A DNA stretch of 24,066 nucleotides from a virus (Duplodnaviria > Caudoviricetes). Made by a program: the position numbers and the translations under genes. Under the pieces are notes generated by a model, which was not told the DNA's origin, made no database searches, and saw only the letters and a program-made list of their open reading frames with translations. The stretch covers positions 1 to 24,066 of the IMG/VR virus record IMGVR_UViG_3300011334_000212; one strand, given 5' to 3'. Positions within the stretch are counted from its first letter, which is position 1. Every line of letters starts with the position of its first letter. Positions 7,554 to 13,939 of this stretch are shown piece by piece.

Positions 7554-8672
7554 TTAATTTATATCTTTGCCGTAGATTTTTATAAATAGCTCATCAGCCA
7601 CTTTTCTTTGCGTGTCATTAAGTTTGTTTAAGTAAACAACAGTAAATGCTTTGCGTAAAGAACAGCCAAAAGACAGTTTTTTACAGATGTTAAACAAAGA
7701 CCTGGGAGAAATTGTCAAGTTAAACTGTCCTGCAACATACCCCTGCCTAATAAGGTTGGCAAGTTTAACAAGTTCCTTGGTTGTTTTTTCAGTGATGATC
7801 TCTCCCCACTTGTTTAGCAACATCTTTTCTTCAATGTTTGGAGGAAGATATCCAATGTAGATTGCTGTTCCAAACCGATCCAAGGTAGCACTGTTCTGAA
7901 CATTTGTTCCTGCATGTGCTCCTGTGTCGTCACCTTGACCTTGTGTGTTACCAATAGCAACAAGCCTAAAATGCTTGTGAGGCACGATTTGCTTTTCACT
8001 AGTACTACCGGGCATCTCCTTCAAGAAAAGCTTGCCATCGTCCTCTAAGAGCCACTGTAGGCCCATTGCAATTTCGGGAGGGGTAACGTCCCACTCATCC
8101 CAAGCAAAGACGGCCCCATGCTTAACGGCTTCTGTTACAGAACCATCTACCCACACTGTTGTTCCATCTTTAGCTGTTAGCTGCCCAAAGATCATAGAAG
8201 AATCCATGTCTCCAGTACAGTTTATACGGATAAATGGACGCTTAGTACGAGCACAAAGCTGCTCAATAAGACTAGATTTACCAGACCCAGTAGGTCCAAA
8301 ACACAAGACTTTTTCGTTGAGTTCCCAAGCTCTAAGAATGTTGCTTGCATGTTCTCTGTCAAGAACATAGTTGTTGTCAACTGTTGGAATAAAAGAACTA
8401 ATTGTTTTATCCCATTCATAGTCATTGAAAACAGTAACACCAAAGTCTTCATCTTCAACAAGAGATTTGTCATTAATAACATCTGACAAACGTACTTGGC
8501 CTACTCCTAAAATGCTCTTACTAAAATCTAAGGACACTTTAGGACACATTGATTCTAAAATAATTTCCATAGTTTCTGTAGCAGGAGTAATACTAAGAGC
8601 AGCTATTTTGCGCTTGTCCATTGCTTCTTTCAAAGCTTTTTTAACTAAATCTTCAACTTTTTCACTAGACAT
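7554..8672 (-). CDS. CobS-like / MoxR-family AAA+ ATPase
   Basis: Walker A GPTGSGKS, Walker B FAWDEWD, IGNTQGQGDDTG...GTNVQNSATLDRF, sensor-2 ISPR. Confidence 0.9.
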   Translation of the reverse strand: MSSEKVEDLVKKALKEAMDKRKIAALSITPATETMEIILESMCPKVSLDFSKSILGVGQVRLSDVINDKSLVEDEDFGVTVFNDYEWDKTISSFIPTVDNNYVLDREHASNILRAWELNEKVLCFGPTGSGKSSLIEQLCARTKRPFIRINCTGDMDSSMIFGQLTAKDGTTVWVDGSVTEAVKHGAVFAWDEWDVTPPEIAMGLQWLLEDDGKLFLKEMPGSTSEKQIVPHKHFRLVAIGNTQGQGDDTGAHAGTNVQNSATLDRFGTAIYIGYLPPNIEEKMLLNKWGEIITEKTTKELVKLANLIRQGYVAGQFNLTISPRSLFNICKKLSFGCSLRKAFTVVYLNKLNDTQRKVADELFIKIYGKDIN

Positions 8673-10515
8673 TTAAAACCTTACTTTCTATGAGAGAGAT
8701 CAACTTACTCGGAATTTCATTTGGGTCATTAATAACACTGTTTGCTTTGTAATAATCACAAACAGATTTACTACACAAACCCAAACCATAGATACTTACT
8801 TTCTTTGCTGCTTCTATTTCTTTAATAACTTTTAAAGTAAACTTTTCTAAGCCAAAAGAACTTTTAGAAGCTGCAGGACTACCATCAGACATAACTATTA
8901 GTATTCTTTTCTTTTCCTTTCTTTTTAGTAACCTATCATATGCCCACAAAATGTTTTCACCATCTGGATTACCTGCCATAAAATTACTACTTGTAGCAAA
9001 ATACTTTGTCAAGTCTTCGGTACTTACTTTAAGATTTGAAAAACTTTTATAGATAAACATCATTGGTGATACTTCTGATTTTAAATCTCTACCATCTGTA
9101 AAACCTAGTATTTCTATTGGTACAGTTAGAGTGGAACAAACCTCATTGAGAAGTAATGCTGAAGCTAGTGCGTTGTAAGCTTTGGTTCCTCCCATTGAAC
9201 CTGACATATCAATCAATACAGTAAGTGCAACATCACGTGTTTTATTCTCAATTTTTGTTTTAAAGATTTTGTCACTAAAACCTGGAGCCTTAAAACAAAT
9301 TCTAGACAGTTTTGATTGGTCTAGTTTTCCTTTTTTTGTTCCATATTGAGTTTGTACTTTAGCTCTAATTTGAATTAGCTTTCTAACTTGTTGTGCAAAA
9401 TTTTCTTGGGTAACTAACTTAGACTCCACTTCAAATTTATACCCCTTAAGAAATTTATCATTGTTAATAGTATTAAAATAAACATCTTGACCCAGTTTAT
9501 TTGGATAATCAATAACAATAAATTTGTTGTAGTCTGTAACATCCCAATTTACTACACTAGAAAGATCAACAGGTTTAAAGTTAATAACAACTTTGCCCAA
9601 CTCATCGCCTTCTTCAGGCATAGTCAAAGAAAAATTATCGAGGTCTTCTTTGGTAAGAACAATCTCTAAGATTTGATACTCTTCTTCTTTTAACCGTTCT
9701 TTTTTTTCGGAACTGTCTAAATCACCAGTTTTAATATCATCTTTTGTACTTTCTTTTGGTATTTCTTCATCTTTGTCGTCTTCATAATCCACGCTAGACG
9801 ACTTACCTTCCACTTCACTGAGCATTGGTTTGTTTTTAGTATCATCTGTAGCCTCTACTTTTACAGGTTTTTCTTTAAATGTGCATTTTTTCCCTATTTC
9901 TGTAAGAATATCAAAAGCTAATTGATATGTTGTTTCAGTACCTAGTCTTTTCTCAAGTATTTTATGACAAGCAATAAGACGATCACTGTAGTTATTAAGA
10001 ACATTTGTTATTTTTTTGTCTGGTATTGTTGTGCTAGTACTCAGTTCTATACTAGGAAAGAAAGAGCTTGACAGTTTAGTTTCCCAACATAATAGTGCTA
10101 CAGTTATTTTTGAAACAGGACTATTTTCTTTTTTTGCTTTGTTTAAAATAACAGATATTATTTTTGAGGTAGTTTCATCGTAGTTGTTTTTAAAACCTTT
10201 ATACTCTTTTGCTTCAATAGCATTAACTCTAGAATCTTCTAGAAAATTCCAGACAAAAGCTAAGATGTTGTTAGCAAGAACTTTCTTTTCTTTTAATACT
10301 TCAAAACAACTAAATCTATCGTGAGCAACTTCATGGTCTACAGATGCCATGAGTTCTTTTAGTTGGTCTTCAGTAGTTTTGTAAGTAATTTTAGGCAGAT
10401 AAATTGTTTTACCATCATGCCTAGGTTTATTTTCTTCTTCAAATACTACAGCAAGGCCAGATCTACCAGCACTTGCTCGTATGTATTTCATTACCTCAAT
10501 AGCTTGAGTAAGCAT
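8665..10515 (-). CDS. CobT-like vWA-domain protein with N-terminal HExxH metallopeptidase-like domain
   Basis: DHEVAH followed by NFLEDSRVN; acidic low-complexity linker; MIDAS DMSGS, NPDGE, VMSDGSP. Confidence 0.85.
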   Translation of the reverse strand: MLTQAIEVMKYIRASAGRSGLAVVFEEENKPRHDGKTIYLPKITYKTTEDQLKELMASVDHEVAHDRFSCFEVLKEKKVLANNILAFVWNFLEDSRVNAIEAKEYKGFKNNYDETTSKIISVILNKAKKENSPVSKITVALLCWETKLSSSFFPSIELSTSTTIPDKKITNVLNNYSDRLIACHKILEKRLGTETTYQLAFDILTEIGKKCTFKEKPVKVEATDDTKNKPMLSEVEGKSSSVDYEDDKDEEIPKESTKDDIKTGDLDSSEKKERLKEEEYQILEIVLTKEDLDNFSLTMPEEGDELGKVVINFKPVDLSSVVNWDVTDYNKFIVIDYPNKLGQDVYFNTINNDKFLKGYKFEVESKLVTQENFAQQVRKLIQIRAKVQTQYGTKKGKLDQSKLSRICFKAPGFSDKIFKTKIENKTRDVALTVLIDMSGSMGGTKAYNALASALLLNEVCSTLTVPIEILGFTDGRDLKSEVSPMMFIYKSFSNLKVSTEDLTKYFATSSNFMAGNPDGENILWAYDRLLKRKEKKRILIVMSDGSPAASKSSFGLEKFTLKVIKEIEAAKKVSIYGLGLCSKSVCDYYKANSVINDPNEIPSKLISLIESKVLNV

Positions 10516-10955
10516 TAAACACTCATTAAAAAGTTATGAACTTCTTTATGAACAACACCTTTATCTAAGTGTTCTGGAACACTGCTTAATAGCCTACAGA
10601 TACGGGCTACATAATCAACTTCAGTCACTGTTTCTTTAGTGTCTGTTTTCAAATCTTTAATTTTGTTTTGAAGAAATGTTTTACCATGAAACTTTCCATT
10701 GTCATCAATTAGTGTGATACCCAACTTCAAAGCTCCAAGTACTACACTCTTGCCTGATCTCCAAGGACCGGGCATAAATGTAATTTCAAAGTCTTTCTTG
10801 ATCAGTTTTTCAGTCTCCCGTAGTTCTTTAGCAAATGTTTCTAAAGTAGCATGTGTGTATGCTACGTTAATCATTTTTTCATAGGTACTGGTAGCTGATG
10901 CATCTGAAACTAAGCTTTCAGTTGCTGCTGTGTACAACGTCGATGGTGTATCCAT
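10515..10955 (-). CDS. Hypothetical protein coupled to the vWA gene
   Basis: SD GGAG; stop overlaps the vWA start (TAATG). Confidence 0.8.
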   Translation of the reverse strand: MDTPSTLYTAATESLVSDASATSTYEKMINVAYTHATLETFAKELRETEKLIKKDFEITFMPGPWRSGKSVVLGALKLGITLIDDNGKFHGKTFLQNKIKDLKTDTKETVTEVDYVARICRLLSSVPEHLDKGVVHKEVHNFLMSV

Positions 10956-10986
10956 GTTTTCTCCAAAACGGGCACGATTACCCTAC

Positions 10987-11016
10987 ATATCTCACTGTAT
11001 TTAAACAATGAGATAT
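10987..11016 (-). promoter_or_regulatory. Intergenic 12-bp stem-loop without a U-tract (possible processing or stability signal)
   Basis: Minus strand AUAUCUCAUUGU-UUAAAU-ACAGUGAGAUAU; U-G pair only on the minus strand. Confidence 0.5.
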
Positions 11017-11025
11017 ATAAGTCTT

Positions 11026-11250
11026 TTATTGCCAAGCAAGTGTGTGTCTAGGCCACAGGAACATACTGCTTTTCTTAGCTCCCAACTCTACTAACTCGTT
11101 TTCTGTCCACAGTTTCATAGGGTTGTCGTTGCTAAACCCCGGTGTAACATAGCACGGCAAGGTGTAGTGTGGTAACAATGTTATGCCATTTAGCACATAA
11201 ACTGTTTGTTCTGTTTTGTCGCTGATATCTGCTCTCATAATATCTTTCAT
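11026..11250 (-). CDS. Hypothetical early protein
   Basis: 74 aa, ATGA overlap with upstream gene. Confidence 0.72.
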   Translation of the reverse strand: MKDIMRADISDKTEQTVYVLNGITLLPHYTLPCYVTPGFSNDNPMKLWTENELVELGAKKSSMFLWPRHTLAWQ

Positions 11251-11444
11251 TTGTCAAACTCACTCATTTCACCATCATAAAACCAATTAAGGTACGTATA
11301 TATTCCATGCATAAAACTATTGTCTGTCTCGTTTGTTTCTTCTAAACCTGCTTCTTCCAAAGTAATTTTTTCTACTTTTGGAGAATCTTCCCAATTCATC
11401 TCATCAACAAGGTCTAATTGATTACAGATGTCTGATGTTTTCAC
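11247..11444 (-). CDS. Small highly acidic early protein
   Basis: GTG start with SD TAGGAG; about 17 D/E versus 4 K in 65 aa. Confidence 0.72.
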   Translation of the reverse strand: MKTSDICNQLDLVDEMNWEDSPKVEKITLEEAGLEETNETDNSFMHGIYTYLNWFYDGEMSEFDK

Positions 11445-11476
11445 AATAATAACTCCTATATTAAGTTAAATAAACT

Positions 11477-11605
11477 AAGGGCGAAGCCTCACGGCCCCCC
11501 CTTAAAGGGGCCGGGAGGTTAGCCCCTTTGTAAGCAAGCACCGACCCTAGCGGCCCGTATGCCAAACCGCTTGGCGGTTGGCATCTCGGGTTGCTGGGAG
11601 GGGCG
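11477..11605. ncRNA. Putative structured cis-element or ncRNA filling an early intergenic region
   Basis: GC-rich island with nested stems GCCCCT/AGGGGC, CCC/GGG, AGC/GCT, CCCG/CGGG, ATGCCA/TGGCAT, ACCGC/GCGGT, plus a second stem CCTC-A-CGGCCCC/GGGGCCG-G-GAGG and GGC-GAA-GCC. No family recognised. Confidence 0.55.
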
Positions 11606-11608
11606 CTA

Positions 11609-11821
11609 TCAATCTCCACCAAAGATTTCATCTTGACAAGGTTGGCAGATACCACTGATACCATATTCTTTTTCTGAAATATGATTACGAAAGCCTAAGT
11701 TATTAACTTTCTTTTTGCAGTTAATACATAGACCAGCATTGAGCCATGCTTTTGTTCCTGGGAACATATGCTCTAGTGCGTCCACCATCTCTGGTGATTT
11801 GTTAGACAAGGGTGTCTTCAT
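11609..11821 (-). CDS. Small zinc-finger protein (CxxC...FRxxxSxKEYxISGxCQxCQD)
   Basis: Two CxxC pairs; SD AGGAG; ATGA overlap. Confidence 0.8.
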   Translation of the reverse strand: MKTPLSNKSPEMVDALEHMFPGTKAWLNAGLCINCKKKVNNLGFRNHISEKEYGISGICQPCQDEIFGGD

Positions 11822-12033
11822 TTATCTTCTCCTTCTATAGTTACGTAGTCGGGCGCATCTTGGCGCTTAAGTACTACCATTTTGCATAGCAACTTGCGGT
11901 ATAGCTTGGACGCAACGTAATCAACCAAATCCCCAAAAGCATTGTCTGACATGTGCTCATCGTTGTTGTTAAGTGTGGCAAGCACGGCAAAGTCGCCGTC
12001 CTCTCGGTGGTATCCGATTGATACAGTTTTCAT
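11818..12033 (-). CDS. Hypothetical early protein
   Basis: 71 aa, ATGA overlaps on both sides, SD AAGGA. Confidence 0.75.
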   Translation of the reverse strand: MKTVSIGYHREDGDFAVLATLNNNDEHMSDNAFGDLVDYVASKLYRKLLCKMVVLKRQDAPDYVTIEGEDK

Positions 12034-12245
12034 ATAGTTGTCCTTTTAGGATTGAGTTGCTTTAACTCTTCTACATTGCTAATGAGCATGTAGTTGCTTT
12101 TATTGATGGGTGCTATGGTGTGCTGCACCTTACGTGCCAAGACTTCACCACAGGCCATACAGGTAGGTCTAAATGCCTTTGACCTGTGTGGCTCTACTCT
12201 TACCGCATAACACGACATACAGATTGGAAGATAGTTCTCGTTCAT
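12030..12245 (-). CDS. Small zinc-finger protein (CxxC...TCxxCGE...KSNY)
   Basis: CMSC and CMAC pairs; coupled to downstream gene. Confidence 0.8.
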   Translation of the reverse strand: MNENYLPICMSCYAVRVEPHRSKAFRPTCMACGEVLARKVQHTIAPINKSNYMLISNVEELKQLNPKRTTI

Positions 12246-12264
12246 GTGTTTTTACCGTTCCTAC

Positions 12265-12435
12265 TTACTCAATCAAATTAGAAGAAATAGCAACAGTACA
12301 TGAGATTAATCCCAAGAAACCAAACACATCAATTAAAAACTGAGTTTCTAAGTAGTCGTGTTGAAACAGTATTGCAGATAAACCCATGCCCACAAAGCAA
12401 GTAAAACCTATTAATGATGAAAGTTTTAAAATCAC
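12265..12435 (-). CDS. 56-aa two-TM membrane protein (MILKLSSLIGFTCFVGMGLSAILFQHDYLETQFLIDVFGFLGLISCTVAISSNLIE)
   Basis: GTG at 12435 with SD TAGGAG 8 nt upstream; fits the gap between neighbours without overlap; two hydrophobic segments. Not in ORF track. Confidence 0.72.
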   Translation of the reverse strand: MILKLSSLIGFTCFVGMGLSAILFQHDYLETQFLIDVFGFLGLISCTVAISSNLIE

Positions 12436-12449
12436 AATATATTCTCCTA

Positions 12450-12719
12450 TTAATAAATAGTACGATTACTATCCCATTTGTCCACAATTGGGGTAGAGAA
12501 GTTGTTACTAGGAACAAACTCTTCTAAACCAATAAAGATGTTCCACTCTTCCTTGCTAAGAATGTCTATGTCCTGATCGAGTAGCATCTCTACTACTTTA
12601 TCCATAGAGGTTTCAATCAACGAGCTATGTTTTACCCCGAGATCAAACTCGAAGTCAGTAATGCCATCACTCGCTTTGCGAATGACAGCATTGTTATTGA
12701 GAAGAAGTGCGTGGTACAT
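12450..12719 (-). CDS. Hypothetical acidic early protein
   Basis: SD GGAG; 89 aa. Confidence 0.75.
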   Translation of the reverse strand: MYHALLLNNNAVIRKASDGITDFEFDLGVKHSSLIETSMDKVVEMLLDQDIDILSKEEWNIFIGLEEFVPSNNFSTPIVDKWDSNRTIY

Positions 12720-12751
12720 AGTGGTGTATCTCCAAGAAAGAGTATGAACAG

Positions 12752-12784
12752 AAAAAAAGGTAGTAGCTATTAACTACTACCTTT
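12752..12784 (-). terminator. Intrinsic terminator after the first leftward gene
   Basis: Minus strand AAAGGUAGUAG-UUAAUAG-CUACUACC followed by U7. Confidence 0.88.
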
Positions 12785-12797
12785 AATCAACGCACTA

Positions 12798-13025
12798 TCA
12801 AGAAACCTTGCTACGTGCCGCTGCATCATCCTTGAGGAGAGAGCGAACAATCTTGATATCAGTGAAGATGTCCCGAACCGCTTGTGAACGAGGATTGTCA
12901 AACTTTTCCATGCTCCAGAGAGCATTAGCAATCAGTTGCTGTGCGAGAAAGATCTGCAATCCTGCAGGTTTGCCTTCCGACAGTTTGTTGAAAGCGTTGA
13001 AGTCGAAGTCGTTTTGCTGTGCCAT
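12798..13025 (-). CDS. First leftward (earliest) gene, 75-aa helical protein of unknown function
   Basis: Strong SD AAGGAG; followed by its own terminator; many C-ending codons (TTC, AAC, ATC). Confidence 0.82.
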   Translation of the reverse strand: MAQQNDFDFNAFNKLSEGKPAGLQIFLAQQLIANALWSMEKFDNPRSQAVRDIFTDIKIVRSLLKDDAAARSKVS

Positions 13026-13060
13026 TTGAAGCTCCTTGGTTGGTTAATGAGGAGGGAGGT

Positions 13061-13263
13061 AATTCGCCCCCCTCACAGGAGCCGGGCGTGAGGGCAAGCC
13101 CCGCAGGGGCGTAGTCGCCGAAGGCGATTGCCAAGGCAGAAAGGCGCAGCCCGTAGCCATGCCATAAAGGAGCAGAGCGACGACTGGCGTGGTTTCTGCA
13201 AAGTGAACGGAGCGAAGCGGAGAGAACGGTGGCAACCCGAACAAGAGGCGGGGGGGGCGTATT
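13061..13263 (+). other. Multibranch hairpin element rich in C-GNA-G triloops (putative ssDNA/cruciform signal)
   Basis: GCCCC-GCA-GGGGC, TCGCC-GAA-GGCGA, GGC-GCA-GCC, GC-GAA-GC; junction-closing stems GGCAA/TTGCC and GCAGAAA/TTTCTGC; outer stem CGCCCCCC/GGGGGGCG. Confidence 0.65.
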
Positions 13264-13536
13264 ATCGGAACCTTATTAGCTTGAAAAGGACGAAAGGCTG
13301 TGTAGGAAAGGATGGAAATAAGTGGGAATGTAAGAGGAAAGAACTGTGAGATTAGATGTGGTGTCTTAGAGCCACGATGATGGTGTACCTAGGGGTTGGT
13401 ATCAAACAATGTTTATCGTCGAAGGAAGGGCTGTTTAAACAGGTCCTAGAGGCATTGACGGTCGAGGAGAATGCTCGCACTCTCCGAGTGCTCCGCGTAT
13501 GAAGGAGAAGAGGAATGAGGTTGGTAAGGAATGAGG

Positions 13537-13549
13537 TAAGTTATTGATT
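13537..13549 (-). promoter_or_regulatory. IHF binding site
   Basis: Reverse complement AATCAATAACTTA matches the IHF consensus WATCAANNNNTTR exactly. Confidence 0.65.
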
Positions 13550-13577
13550 GGTAAAGGGTTGCATAAAACACCCTAAA

Positions 13578-13904
13578 TGTATATACAGTATACACCTACT
13601 TGTTGTAGAAATACAACAGTAAACAACTACTACAAAAGCTTTAAGTAGGTGGTGGTAGTAGGGGGAAGGGTAGGGTATACCCCTAGCGTTATAGTAGGGG
13701 GGAGGGGGGAAATGTTATTATAATAAATATATATATATAACAACTTATAACAATTGTTATAAGAAATAAACAAGGGGGGGATAGTACTTATAGTAGTTAT
13801 ATATATATATATATATATATATATAGCTATATATAGGTATACCTGTGTAACTACATACAGTTGTTCTAGGAGAACAAGTACTTGCTCTCATCCTAAAAGG
13901 ATGA
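13578..13904. repeat. Dense array of short palindromes/inverted repeats and G-tracts upstream of terS
   Basis: At least 11 dyads, including the perfect 20-mer CTTATAACAATTGTTATAAG (13744-13763). Confidence 0.8.
13798..13825. repeat. (TA)14 dinucleotide tract
   Basis: Direct read of the sequence; a shorter (AT)6 tract lies at 13727-13738. Confidence 0.95.
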
Positions 13905-13910
13905 TACAGT
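13882..13910 (+). promoter_or_regulatory. Putative sigma70-type promoter for the packaging/structural operon
   Basis: TTGCTC-N17-TACAGT with TGn extended -10, ending 29 nt before the terS ATG. Confidence 0.5.
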
Positions 13911-13939
13911 AGTAGGAGTTACAAAAAAGGTTAAAAGAT

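Noticed and set aside
7554-10515. Cobalamin biosynthesis auxiliary metabolic genes (cobS/cobT)
   Set aside because: No cobN or other cob genes in the window; the vWA protein carries an HExxH domain; better described as a MoxR-vWA module.
11461-11664. 67-aa minus ORF across the intergenic element
   Set aside because: Overlaps a better gene, has Pro/Gly-rich composition dictated by the stems, and lacks an SD.
12329-12517. 62-aa minus ORF in the track
   Set aside because: TTG start inside another gene; the 12265-12435 frame has an SD and fits the gap.
11461-13140. HDV-like or twister ribozyme in the structured elements (GGCGAAU, GGCUAA words on minus)
   Set aside because: The P1/P1.1/P3 or twister pseudoknot pairings could not be built with the available spacing.
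12925-13349. ORF-track frames 12925-13134, 13044-13244 and 13128-13349
   Set aside because: No convincing SD; they overlap the hairpin element, whose GC richness explains the open frames.
13744-13835. Protelomerase (telRL) hairpin-end site
   Set aside because: No protelomerase in the window and the perfect palindromes are short; retained only as part of the palindrome array.
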